NCBI GenBank assembly: GCA_963813815.1
Contig: CAWFAD010000016.1
Coordinates: forward strand, 416,001-480,000
DNA length: 64,000 bases
From: an uncultured bacterium
Lineage (GTDB): Bacteria; Krumholzibacteriota; Krumholzibacteriia; Krumholzibacteriales; Krumholzibacteriaceae
Direction of reading: 5' to 3'
In this document: in pieces, positions 28,350-37,755 of the stretch
Layout of the letters: each line of letters begins with the position of its first letter
Position numbering within the stretch: position 1 is the stretch's first letter
Program-made: the position numbers and the translations under genes
The notes under the pieces: generated by a model
What the model was told of the DNA's origin: nothing
The model's database searches: none
Seen by the model: the letters and a program-made list of their open reading frames with translations, nothing else

Positions 28350-28910
28350 ATGAAAGCTGCGACTATCGTTCTCTTGATTCTTCTCGCGCCGGTCGCTTTG
28401 TTCGCGGCGCCGACGATCGGGGTCTACGCAAACAACTCGACGAGCCTCATGATGTTCGGGCCCCCTCCGTACTCGACGTTCACCGGCTACGTTTTCGGCG
28501 TGGGGCTCAATTGCTTCACGAACGCCGTCGAGTTCGCCGTCCAGCTTCCCGAGGGAATCGTCATGACCGGATGGTCGATCCCGTACGAGAACTCCCTCAC
28601 GCTCGGCGATCCTCTGGCGGGCCTCGCGGTCACGTACTGGCCGCCTCTCAGCACCTTCGATCCGGGCTATAACCTGCTCGCGCAGATTCAGCTCATGGCG
28701 CTGCCGACCGGCGCGTGCCTGTACTACGGCGGCACGAGCCCCTTCAACGCTCCCCTGCGGATCGTGAATCATCCCGGCAGCGGAGCTCTTCGCCAGTCGT
28801 GCTGGCCGGATAACAACCTCGTCAACCTGACCGGGCTCGTCTCGATCATCTGTCCCGAGGAGATCGCGACGGAGGAAACGAGCTGGGGCGCGATCAAGTC
28901 CCTGTTCTAG
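28350..28910 (+). CDS. Secreted protein with C-terminal 'ATEETSWGAIKSLF' motif
   Basis: AAGGAG RBS, Sec signal peptide, beta-rich domain with Cys residues, terminal SWGxIKxLF. Confidence 0.85.
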   Translation: MKAATIVLLILLAPVALFAAPTIGVYANNSTSLMMFGPPPYSTFTGYVFGVGLNCFTNAVEFAVQLPEGIVMTGWSIPYENSLTLGDPLAGLAVTYWPPLSTFDPGYNLLAQIQLMALPTGACLYYGGTSPFNAPLRIVNHPGSGALRQSCWPDNNLVNLTGLVSIICPEEIATEETSWGAIKSLF

Positions 28911-28982
28911 ATTTCGGAGATATCTTTCGCAACGGCGCGGGCCGGATGCTCATCGAGCATCCGGCCCGTTCGCGTTTGGGGG

Positions 28983-29552
28983 CTAAAACTTGATGGGGCG
29001 GGCGGCCCGGAAGGCGGGACGCGACGCGCCGCCCATGCGGGCGCTCTGGCTCAGGCGCCCGAAAGATTTGAGCGCCGGGCGGACGGCGCCTTTCGTCGTA
29101 TGGAACGATTTGGTCCAGTGCAGAGACGAGCTCAGGGAGCGCATCCGGGCGGAAATCTGGCTCAGCCCGGCCTCCGCGGGGGAGGAGAGCATCGGCAAGC
29201 CACGGGTCGGCGTTCCGCGCTCGCGGGTGTTGAGAGACAGGCGCTCGACGCCCGACGCCATCGTGTGCATGAGGCCCGAGGAAGAGCAGAAATCGATGGA
29301 GGACCGTGTCTTCGACCTCGCCGGTTGGATGGCGATCCGTCCTGCGGTCTGAACCTCTGTCGCCCGGCGGCTCTCGGCGCGCGCTCTTTCTCCGTGGGGG
29401 CCGGTCGCGCTTTGCCATTGCGCGTCGCACTCGGCTCCCCGGGCGATGGCCCAGGAGACGAAATCGGCTCGATCGGGCGGGGCCGCGCACGCGGCGTCCG
29501 TGATCTGCGCGGCGAAGAAAAACGCCGCGGCTGCGATGAAAATACTGCGCAT
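28983..29552 (-). CDS. Hypothetical exported protein (uncertain)
   Basis: AGAAGG RBS and hydrophobic N-terminus. The remainder is R/S/A-rich with no recognisable motif. Confidence 0.4.
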   Translation of the reverse strand: MRSIFIAAAAFFFAAQITDAACAAPPDRADFVSWAIARGAECDAQWQSATGPHGERARAESRRATEVQTAGRIAIQPARSKTRSSIDFCSSSGLMHTMASGVERLSLNTRERGTPTRGLPMLSSPAEAGLSQISARMRSLSSSLHWTKSFHTTKGAVRPALKSFGRLSQSARMGGASRPAFRAARPIKF

Positions 29553-29700
29553 CGTTCTACCTTCTATTGAAAAAGATGACGTGAAAAGGCGGATTTAGAC
29601 TGTCGAAAACACTGCGCGGAGAGAAGAAGAGCAAACGAGAAATCCTTGCTACGGTTTAATTGTAGCATGGACGGGGTGGATATGTCAATATGGTGAAACG

Positions 29701-30825
29701 ATGGCGAACGAGCAAACGGCCCATACGCGAGCCCTTCTCATCGGTCCCTTTCCTCCTCCCGTCGGCGGAGATACCGTCCTCACCGCCAACCTGTCGCGGA
29801 GCGATTTCTGGCGAGAGCAGGGAATTGTCCTCGACCTCTTGAACACGAGTGCCGGGGACCGGGTGAGACTGCCCGACGAACGCCTTTCGCCGGGGGACGT
29901 CCTCCGGGGCGCGCGGGTTGTGCTGCGCGCCGCATCGAGGATCGGTCGCCGCGACGTCGTCCTGCTGTGGTGCAACAATCGTTTCGCCGTCACGGCCGGA
30001 CTCGGCGTCATGCTCTGCAGCCGGCTCGGTCGGCGCCCGATTCTCGTCAAGGTGTTCGGAGGCTACCTCGCGGAGCGGATCGCGAGGCTTCCGTACCTCT
30101 GGCGCCGCGCCGCCGTGGCGCTCCTCGGCGGCGCCGAGTGCGTTTTCGCCGAGACGGAGCTCCTCGCCCGCGAGCTCGTCGAGGAGGCGCGGCTCCCCGC
30201 GGATCGCGTAGCGCTCCTCCCCAACTGTCTTCCCCCGGGCGTCGTCGCGCGGGCGCGGTCCGGCCGGAGCTTCACGGGCGCATGCGTTTTCTTCGGGCAG
30301 ATGAAGCGCGAGAAGGGGATATTCGATATCGTCGAGGCCCTCGCGGGGCGGGAGGATTCGACGTGCGATTTTTACGGCCCTCTCGTCGAGCGCGACCGGG
30401 CCGCCTTCCTCGACGCGATCTCAGGGTGCCGGAACCTGCGCTATCGAGGGGTCGCCGAGCCGGGCACGGTGAGCGCCGTGGCCGCCGGATACGACGTTCT
30501 CCTGCTTCCGACGTACCATCCGAGCGAGGGGCATCCGGCGGTCATCCTCGAGGCGTACGCCGCGGGTTTGCCCGTCGTCGCGACGAGGTGGCGGGCGATT
30601 CCGGAGATCGTGCCGGAGGGGAAAACGGGGCTGCTCATCTCCGTCCGTTCTCCGGGAGAAATTCTCGGAGCCCTCGATGCGCTCCGCGCGGATCCCGGCC
30701 GTTACGACGCGATGTGCCGCGCCGCTTCCGAGCTCGTGAAATCGTTTTCGGAAAGCGAGGTCGTCGGAAGGATTCTCGCGCCGCGCGTCGCCGCCGCCGT
30801 CCGCCGGAAGCGGGCTATACGCTGA
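29701..30825 (+). CDS. Glycosyltransferase family 4 (GT-B)
   Basis: LIGPFPPPVGG, FFGQMKREKGI, LLLPTYHPSEGHPAVILEAYAAGLPVVAT. Confidence 0.9.
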   Translation: MANEQTAHTRALLIGPFPPPVGGDTVLTANLSRSDFWREQGIVLDLLNTSAGDRVRLPDERLSPGDVLRGARVVLRAASRIGRRDVVLLWCNNRFAVTAGLGVMLCSRLGRRPILVKVFGGYLAERIARLPYLWRRAAVALLGGAECVFAETELLARELVEEARLPADRVALLPNCLPPGVVARARSGRSFTGACVFFGQMKREKGIFDIVEALAGREDSTCDFYGPLVERDRAAFLDAISGCRNLRYRGVAEPGTVSAVAAGYDVLLLPTYHPSEGHPAVILEAYAAGLPVVATRWRAIPEIVPEGKTGLLISVRSPGEILGALDALRADPGRYDAMCRAASELVKSFSESEVVGRILAPRVAAAVRRKRAIR

Positions 30826-33439
30826 ACCATTTGCTGATCTTGATCATGAAGGTGTCGTCTCCGGCCGTCGAGAGAAGGCGATCGAAGTCGCGGCCGACCT
30901 CAAACTCCCCCCGCTCCTCCTCGAAGTCCGAAGCGCCGCGCGACCAGACGAGATAGAGCGCCGAACCCGGGCTCCATTCCCAGCGAAAAACGAAATTCGA
31001 GCGCATCTCCTTGAAGTTGAAATCGGGGCTCTCTGCCTCGGCGAGGTAGTCGTACGGAGCGAAGCGGCTCGCGTACTCGTCCGCCCGCGGGGAGACGACC
31101 TCGCGGAAGCGGCTGTAGCGCCCGGCCGCGATGAACGGCATTCCGTAGAACTGGAGGCTCATCTCGGGAGTGACCGTGTAGTTGAACCGCGTCGTCACGC
31201 TCGCGACGTCCATGTCGAGACGTGCTACGACGTAGCGGCCGTCGATCTCGTCGACGTACTGCGCGTCGTTCCCGCGAGCCGAATATGCCGCGCCGATGCT
31301 CATCTCGAAGCGGCCGGAGGGGCGGATGGTCACGTACGGCCCGACGGAGTATCCGCCGAACCCCTCGTCGTTTCGGTCGTATCCGCCGTCGAGCCCGGCC
31401 ATGAACGCCTTGCGATTGTCCGTGTACGCGCCGAACCACGAGTTCCAGCCGCCGGGCACGAGCGCGAGCGGACCTCCGCGGGTCAGGCTCACGGTCAAGT
31501 GCTCCTGCGAGCGCTCGATGCCCGCGTACCCTCCCCAGTTGTTCGTAAGGCTGAACGAGCCGTTCATGTTGCCGGCGAAGCCGACCATGTCGCCGCCGTA
31601 GCTGTATGCGCGCCAGAGGTTCCAATTGAGACTCACGTTTCTCAACGCCTTCCACGGCTGGGGGAGGTGGTAGCCGGCCCAGGCGACGCCGAGCGCCTCG
31701 TCCGCTTCCTGCATGTAGCCGAGATCGTTCACCTCGAAGCCGGGGGAGCGCGACATGAAACCGAGAAGAAAGTTCCAGCGCTTGCCCCCGCAGCGCCCGC
31801 CGTCGATGACGGTCGCGTATCCGCCGAGGGAGGTCCGCGAGGGGTCGTACTCGACGTAGTCGGCGTCGGGACGCTGAAAGTAGCGCGCGGAGGAGGTTTG
31901 GGCCTCCGCGATCGCCTCGGCGCTTCCCTCGATCCAGCTCCCGAGGACGCGCCCGTTCACCGCGTACTCTTCGTCGTGCCACCGGTGCGAGAAGTCGACG
32001 CCGCCCGTCACGGCCATGCGGTTGAGGAACTCGAGGTCGGGGCTCGACAGGTCGCGGATCACGCTCGTGATCATGCCGCCGACGGTGCTCCGGCCGCCGT
32101 TCAGATCCTTCTTGGCGCTGGCGAGGAGGTAGTTGGTCCTGGGTTCGACGGCGACCCCGATTTGCTCGCCGCCCGGGAGCTCGACCGTCGCCGTCTCCTT
32201 GTCGGTCACGGCCTCGAGGATGCCGATGGAGACTCCGCTCGAGGTCTTGCCCGCTATCTTGGCCGCGCCGAGGATCGTCGTAAACTGCGGCGCGTCATCG
32301 TGGAGTCCGTCCGTGTCGATGAAGCGTTCGGAATCGAGCGCCGAGAACTGGGGCGAACGGCCGATCCGCCGGGAGTAGAAGAGCCGCTCCGCGTCGCTGT
32401 CGCCGAACATGAGGCGGTATTGAAAAATATTGGCCCCTTCCATGAAGAATGGGCGCTTCTCCTCGAAGTACGATTCGTAGGCGGTGAGATTGAACTCGGA
32501 CGGATCCTGCTCGACCTGTCCGAAGTCGGGGTTGATCGTCATGTCGAGCGTGATGTCGGTCGTGAGGCGATACTTGAGATCGGTTCCGAGGCGGCCGCTC
32601 CAGCGCGGATCGTCCCGGAACGGATCGTCTCCGGCGTCGCCGTAACGGTCGACGCTCCCGACGGCATAGGGAAGAAGCTCGAACTTCGCCGGAGAGGGGA
32701 TGCGCTCGAGACCCTCGAGCCGGCCGAAGAGCGACACGAACTGATTCGCGCTCCTCGGCACCGGGTACAGGAACGAGAGCTCGTCCATGCGGCATATCTG
32801 GCGCGCCGCTTGAAATCCCCATCGGTGCGTTTCGCGGTTGTTCGCGAACCTGAGCTGGCTCCAGGGAACGGCGAATTCCGCCGACCATCCGTCGGCGTCG
32901 ATGCGCGTGCCCACGTCCCAGACCGCGTCCCAGTTGCCGTCCTCCTCCGTATCGTTGAAATAGAAGATATCCACTTTCGTGCCCGCGGCGTTCACCCCGA
33001 AGAGAAACGCCGAGCGCTTGTCGTCGTAGCTGTCGAATCCGACGTAGAGCCAGTCGGAAGGCATGTCGTTGTCCCTGCGCGCGAGGTGCCCGACGATCGC
33101 CCCCGGGGTTCTGTCGTACGCTTTCATGCCGACGTAGATGCATGCGTCGTCATAGACGACCCGAACGGTCGTTCTCTCCGTCGCGGGACGGCCGTCATAG
33201 GGCTCGTGCTGGATGAACCCCTCGGCGGCCGGCGCCCGCTCCCAGTCTCTCTCGTCGAGGGCGCCGTCGACTCGTATGCCGCCGTTCACGGTTCGGACCG
33301 CCGTGACGGGGCTCATCGCGTTCCCCCTCGCGTCCGCTGCGGTCGAGTCCCGGGACGTCTCAGCCCGAAGAGCGCCGGCCGCGGAGGCGGCCGCGACGAG
33401 GAAAGCCGCGATGAGGGCGGCAGCTGCGGGGTTTCTCAT
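30815..33439 (-). CDS. CBM9-like + DUF5916 outer-membrane protein
   Basis: IRVDGALDERDW, TTVRVVYDD, WDAVW, WSAEFAVPWSQLRF, TINPDFGQVEQD, EEKRPFFMEG, FYSRRIG; terminal KISKWFSV. Confidence 0.88.
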   Translation of the reverse strand: MRNPAAAALIAAFLVAAASAAGALRAETSRDSTAADARGNAMSPVTAVRTVNGGIRVDGALDERDWERAPAAEGFIQHEPYDGRPATERTTVRVVYDDACIYVGMKAYDRTPGAIVGHLARRDNDMPSDWLYVGFDSYDDKRSAFLFGVNAAGTKVDIFYFNDTEEDGNWDAVWDVGTRIDADGWSAEFAVPWSQLRFANNRETHRWGFQAARQICRMDELSFLYPVPRSANQFVSLFGRLEGLERIPSPAKFELLPYAVGSVDRYGDAGDDPFRDDPRWSGRLGTDLKYRLTTDITLDMTINPDFGQVEQDPSEFNLTAYESYFEEKRPFFMEGANIFQYRLMFGDSDAERLFYSRRIGRSPQFSALDSERFIDTDGLHDDAPQFTTILGAAKIAGKTSSGVSIGILEAVTDKETATVELPGGEQIGVAVEPRTNYLLASAKKDLNGGRSTVGGMITSVIRDLSSPDLEFLNRMAVTGGVDFSHRWHDEEYAVNGRVLGSWIEGSAEAIAEAQTSSARYFQRPDADYVEYDPSRTSLGGYATVIDGGRCGGKRWNFLLGFMSRSPGFEVNDLGYMQEADEALGVAWAGYHLPQPWKALRNVSLNWNLWRAYSYGGDMVGFAGNMNGSFSLTNNWGGYAGIERSQEHLTVSLTRGGPLALVPGGWNSWFGAYTDNRKAFMAGLDGGYDRNDEGFGGYSVGPYVTIRPSGRFEMSIGAAYSARGNDAQYVDEIDGRYVVARLDMDVASVTTRFNYTVTPEMSLQFYGMPFIAAGRYSRFREVVSPRADEYASRFAPYDYLAEAESPDFNFKEMRSNFVFRWEWSPGSALYLVWSRGASDFEEERGEFEVGRDFDRLLSTAGDDTFMIKISKWFSV

Positions 33440-33611
33440 GAATGCACCTTTCGGCTCGCTCGATTGTGGAGCCCGGCCAAGTCCCCTCCTTATTGTCTCT
33501 AACGGCGAAACGACTCTCCGGGTTGCAGAAAAATCGAGCTCCAAGCGAAATGACGAGGCGCGCCGGATATCGAGTTGCCCGGCGCGCCGGGGGCGGCGTA
33601 TAATGCGCGCC

Positions 33612-35504
33612 ATGAAACGCAGGGTTCGTTGCGCCGCGCGGTATCTTTTTGCCGCCGCTCTCGTTGCGGCGGGAGCCGCCGCGGCGCGGGGGAGCGAATC
33701 CCCCTCGATCGATAGCGAGCAAACGGGCGAGCCGTGGTGGATGCGGCAGACCGCTCTCGAGCGGGACGGAGCAATGGGCTCTCTCGCCGGGCGGCCATGG
33801 TGGAGGCAGGCGCTCGCGCTCCGCGCCGGAGAGAGCTTCGTCGTCCCGGCGCCGGGCGAGGCGAGGGGGCGCATGCTGGTCCGCCGCGAGCGGCTTCCCG
33901 CATCCGGCGCTCATTCCGGGGATGCCATCGTCTGGATCATCGACGATGACGGCGACGGAAGCGTCGCCAGGGGGGGCGACCGCGACGAGGATTGCTACGT
34001 GGTCGATTACGGGTGCGACGGCTCGGTCGACCGCATGGTCGATTACATCGATAACGACGGCGACCGCGACATGGACGAGGTCGATATCCGCTACTTCACC
34101 GAAGGGCGTCTCAACTGGGCCTGGTTCGGCGAGGACGTCGACGACGACAACGCCGTCCGGAACATCGTCGACTACGAGTGCGGCGACGAGTTTCGCGGGG
34201 ACCCGTACGGCGACAATCTGTTGTACTTGAACAAGTACAACCCCGCGAAAGGCGAATGGACGCCCCTTTCCGAGTGTCCCTTCGCCTTCTACGACACGGA
34301 CGGCGACGGATTCAGCGAGACGGTCGTGCGCGTGAGCGTCGCGCCGCAGGGACGCGACTCGAACAAAGCCCCGGATTACGCGAACAGCTCGTTCCACCTT
34401 CCCTGGGACCCGTCCCTCGAGAACGCCGCCGTCGTCAACATCCGGTACAGCTTCGACGTCGATCGCGGCAGCTCCCGGACGACGCCGCTCCACTATGATT
34501 TCGGGTTCAACCTCGTCGGATCGGCGCCGTACCGTTTCCCCGGGATGGTTCGCGACAATCCGAAACGGCGCCCACCCCGGCGGACGATCGCGATTCCGTG
34601 GAAAGACGTGCGCGCCGTGGCGGACGGATGGCGCGCGGATGAGACGGGTTTTTCATGGAACGAGAACGTGGACGAGACGGTGGCGAACGGGGCCGCTCCG
34701 GAGGACGCGTACGATTATCGCTGGGAAGGCGTGTTCTGGATGTGGGAGCGGCGTTTCATGCCCAACACGGGCGGACCGTGCCAGAAGTGGAACATGCGTC
34801 GCGAATGGAGAGGCAAGCCTTCCGGCTCGCGCGAGCTCTACTGGAGCGGAGTCGATCAGCGGATCCACCTTCTGGGAGCCGAGGAGGGCTGGATCGAAAT
34901 CGGACATTTCGGAGGCATGGGAGCCGTCGGCGAGGTGCGGATGTACGACACCGACGGGAACGGCTTTTTCGATCGTTGGGAGGTGTACCTCGAGGACCGC
35001 GAGCAGCCGGTGCGGGTCACGACCGTCCGGGATGAGCGCGCGAGGCGCATCGACTCCGCCCCCGATCGATTGACCGCCTTCTATGTCGACGATGCGCTGC
35101 CGCGGGCGATCGCCGGACGCCGCAAGCTCATGAGGGCGATGGGCGCACGGCGGGCCTTTGCGATGCCGGAGGGGCTCGAGCGCGCCATGGAGGCGGGGCC
35201 GGCGGGCTATCGCCGGTACGCGATGGATGTCGCCTGCGAGCTCCAGTATCAGGATTTCCGGGCCTCGCTCCTGCGTCAGGCGAACGAGGTTTTGCGGAAG
35301 GAGCGCGACACGCCGCGCTTTCGCTTCATGGGCGATCTCCTCCGCCCCCGGAAATCGACGGCGAAAGGAATGGAGCGCGGCAAGGACAGTCAGGACGCCT
35401 GGAAGCTCATGCGGACGCTCGCCGATCTCGACGCGGCCTACGGCCGCGGCGATACGGAGCGCGCCTGCGCCGCCATCGGCGAGATCGATCGAATGTGGAG
35501 GTGA
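33612..35504 (+). CDS. Secreted hypothetical protein rich in DxDxDG Ca-binding-type motifs
   Basis: Signal peptide; DDDGDG, DYGCDG, DNDGDRD, DTDGDG, DTDGNG. Confidence 0.75.
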   Translation: MKRRVRCAARYLFAAALVAAGAAAARGSESPSIDSEQTGEPWWMRQTALERDGAMGSLAGRPWWRQALALRAGESFVVPAPGEARGRMLVRRERLPASGAHSGDAIVWIIDDDGDGSVARGGDRDEDCYVVDYGCDGSVDRMVDYIDNDGDRDMDEVDIRYFTEGRLNWAWFGEDVDDDNAVRNIVDYECGDEFRGDPYGDNLLYLNKYNPAKGEWTPLSECPFAFYDTDGDGFSETVVRVSVAPQGRDSNKAPDYANSSFHLPWDPSLENAAVVNIRYSFDVDRGSSRTTPLHYDFGFNLVGSAPYRFPGMVRDNPKRRPPRRTIAIPWKDVRAVADGWRADETGFSWNENVDETVANGAAPEDAYDYRWEGVFWMWERRFMPNTGGPCQKWNMRREWRGKPSGSRELYWSGVDQRIHLLGAEEGWIEIGHFGGMGAVGEVRMYDTDGNGFFDRWEVYLEDREQPVRVTTVRDERARRIDSAPDRLTAFYVDDALPRAIAGRRKLMRAMGARRAFAMPEGLERAMEAGPAGYRRYAMDVACELQYQDFRASLLRQANEVLRKERDTPRFRFMGDLLRPRKSTAKGMERGKDSQDAWKLMRTLADLDAAYGRGDTERACAAIGEIDRMWR

Positions 35505-36748
35505 CCGACATCAGGAAATGCATTCCAGTACTCGCGGCCTTCGGCCTCGCGCTCGCCGCGGGGGCTCCGCTCATCGGTTGCGGCGAGCGGGAAACGCCCC
35601 AGAGGGGCATCGCCGCGGGCGACAGCGCGGTCGCGGCCGGAGGGGCCGCGCGAAGCGGAATCGGGGATTCCCGCCGGCCGAGCGCGGCGCGCCGGGATAC
35701 GGTGTATTTCTTCATGTCGCGGCGCGGGCACGACGCGAATTCCGGCTCGCGGGAGCGGCCGGCGGCGACGCTCGAGCGCATACACGAGCTGGTCTCGCGA
35801 GCGTCGCCGGAAGCGGACGTGGTCGTCAAGATCCGAAGCGACGCGGGCGTCTACTACGATCAGTCCGTCGTCTGGACGTACTACCGCCCCGAATATTCGA
35901 TCACCATCGAGGCCGATCCGCCCGGGAAGAACGCGCGATTCGAGGCCGGAGAGACGCCCCCCACGAGGCCGTTCTTCGGGCTGAGCGCCATGCGCGGGGA
36001 GCCCACGAACATCACCCTGCGGGGCTTGACGGTCAGAAACTACATCAGCCGGGCGGTGCTGTTTCTGGGGGACCGGGAAACCCGCGGCAACTGGAACGGC
36101 CGAAACTCGATCGAGCGGTGCGTGTTCGAGAATATCGGCAACGCGCGGTCGCCGGCGCAACCGATCGTGTATTCGGCGGTCGGCGTGGTGAACTCGAGAA
36201 ACAACAGAATCGTCGGGTGCACTTTCGTCGACATCAAGAATCACACGCTCGCGAACTTCACGCAGGACGCGAGCGGCGCCGAGCGCGAGCTGCCGCCCGA
36301 GGTCATGGAGAGCGCGCTGAAGCTGCGCGCGATCGGCCCCGGCAGCAATCCCAATATCCCGATCGTCGGCGTTTATTTCGCGCATTACAGCGACTCGAAC
36401 GCCGTCGAAGGCTGCGAGTTCAAGCGCATCAAGGGGGATCCGATACGGATACGGGACGACTCGAACGGCAACGTGATCGCGAACAACCGGTTCGAGCTCG
36501 CGGGCTGGAACGCGATCGTCTCGACGTGGTATTGCGATTCGCCGCGGCAGAACTGCGTGAAGGAGTTCGGCTTCGAGAAGATATCGATGGGGAACGCCAT
36601 TCTGAACAACACGGTGTCGGGAAACTGGCGGGGAGGCATGCCGCGGATCTTCTTCGACATGCGCGCTCCGGAAGGCGTCTCGGGCCGCGAGCCGCCGAGC
36701 CCGCTCGTCATGAGAATCGAAGGCAACGTGCTCGACGTGTACCGGTGA
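35495..36748 (+). CDS. Right-handed parallel beta-helix lipoprotein
   Basis: Lipobox LIGC; GHDANSGSRERPAATL; repeats NSIERCVFENIG, NNRIVGCTF, NAVEGCEF, NVIANNRF. Overlaps the upstream stop. Confidence 0.75.
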   Translation: MEVTDIRKCIPVLAAFGLALAAGAPLIGCGERETPQRGIAAGDSAVAAGGAARSGIGDSRRPSAARRDTVYFFMSRRGHDANSGSRERPAATLERIHELVSRASPEADVVVKIRSDAGVYYDQSVVWTYYRPEYSITIEADPPGKNARFEAGETPPTRPFFGLSAMRGEPTNITLRGLTVRNYISRAVLFLGDRETRGNWNGRNSIERCVFENIGNARSPAQPIVYSAVGVVNSRNNRIVGCTFVDIKNHTLANFTQDASGAERELPPEVMESALKLRAIGPGSNPNIPIVGVYFAHYSDSNAVEGCEFKRIKGDPIRIRDDSNGNVIANNRFELAGWNAIVSTWYCDSPRQNCVKEFGFEKISMGNAILNNTVSGNWRGGMPRIFFDMRAPEGVSGREPPSPLVMRIEGNVLDVYR

Positions 36749-36845
36749 CGCCGCGGGGCCGGCCGTCTTGACACGCGATGCAGCGTGCTTCATGGTCACG
36801 TACGGGTCATATCGTCGGCTGAAAAACAAGGGGAGGTGACTGCTC

Positions 36846-37672
36846 ATGAAGAAGCTCTCGTTGTTCGGAATGCTGGTCCTGCTCGTCGCGGCATTCTGGA
36901 CGATCGCGTCCGTTCGCGACGCCGAGGCGCAAAAGCGCGGAGGCAAGAGCAGCGGCAAGGCCGCGAGTCAGAAGACGGCCGAACAGACGATGAAGAAGGC
37001 GGAGCAGAAAACGGGGGATGCGGCCGAAGAGAAGGGAAAGGCCGCGAAGAAGGCGTACCAGCCGAAAAAGCTCACGAGCGAGGAGATGAAGCAGTGGGAG
37101 GGCGGAACCCCGCCCGGCTGGTCGATGGGTACGAAGAAGGGTTGGGGCGAGGGCGCCACGCCTCCCGGAGAGATGAAAAAGGGCGGCGAGCCCGGCGGCC
37201 AGATGAAGCAGGCCGGCTCCGCGCAGCAGCAGGAGAAGCTCGATCAGGCGAAGGAGCGCATCCGCACCCGGATTCGCATGCACGATGGCAAGGGCGAGAC
37301 GAAGCGCATAGAGAGCCAGAACGAGTACGAGGGAAGCGCCGTCCGCTCGGTCGAGGGAGCCGCCCGCATGGGCGTTCCCGTCGAGCACGCGGAGGCGGCC
37401 GTTCAGAAGGGGATCGACCGGGGCATGACCGGCGAGGAAATCGAGAAGGTGACACGGGCCATGGCCTACGGAGCGGACAAGGGGACCGATTACAATAAGC
37501 TCGGCGCCTTCATGGACGGGAAGATGGCGGAGGGAGAGCGCGGGGACGAGCTGGCCAGGTCAATCTACCAGGAGATCGACGAGGGGGGCGCACGCAGCAG
37601 CAGGAGCCCGTGAAAGAGCAGACGCAGACGAAGAAGGAACCCTGGTACAAGCGTCTCTTCAGTCGGGGCTAG
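36846..37672 (+). CDS. Secreted K/E/Q-rich protein with PPGW motif (probable 1-bp deletion in the G run at 37583-37588)
   Basis: GGGGAGG RBS, signal peptide, TPPGWSMGTKKGW..PPG. One extra G extends the ORF to ...QQQEPVKEQTQTKKEPWYKRLFSRG* at 37672; as read it stops at 37613. Confidence 0.7.
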
Positions 37673-37717
37673 GTATCGAGCGCAGCGCGCGCCGGCGGAT
37701 TCGGGATCTACGAAACG

Positions 37718-37748
37718 AAAGGCGCCTCCCCGAGGGGAGGCGCCTTTT
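37718..37748. terminator. Bidirectional Rho-independent terminator
   Basis: AAAGGCGCCTCCC-cgag-GGGAGGCGCCTTTT between convergent genes. Confidence 0.85.
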
Positions 37749-37755
37749 CATTATT

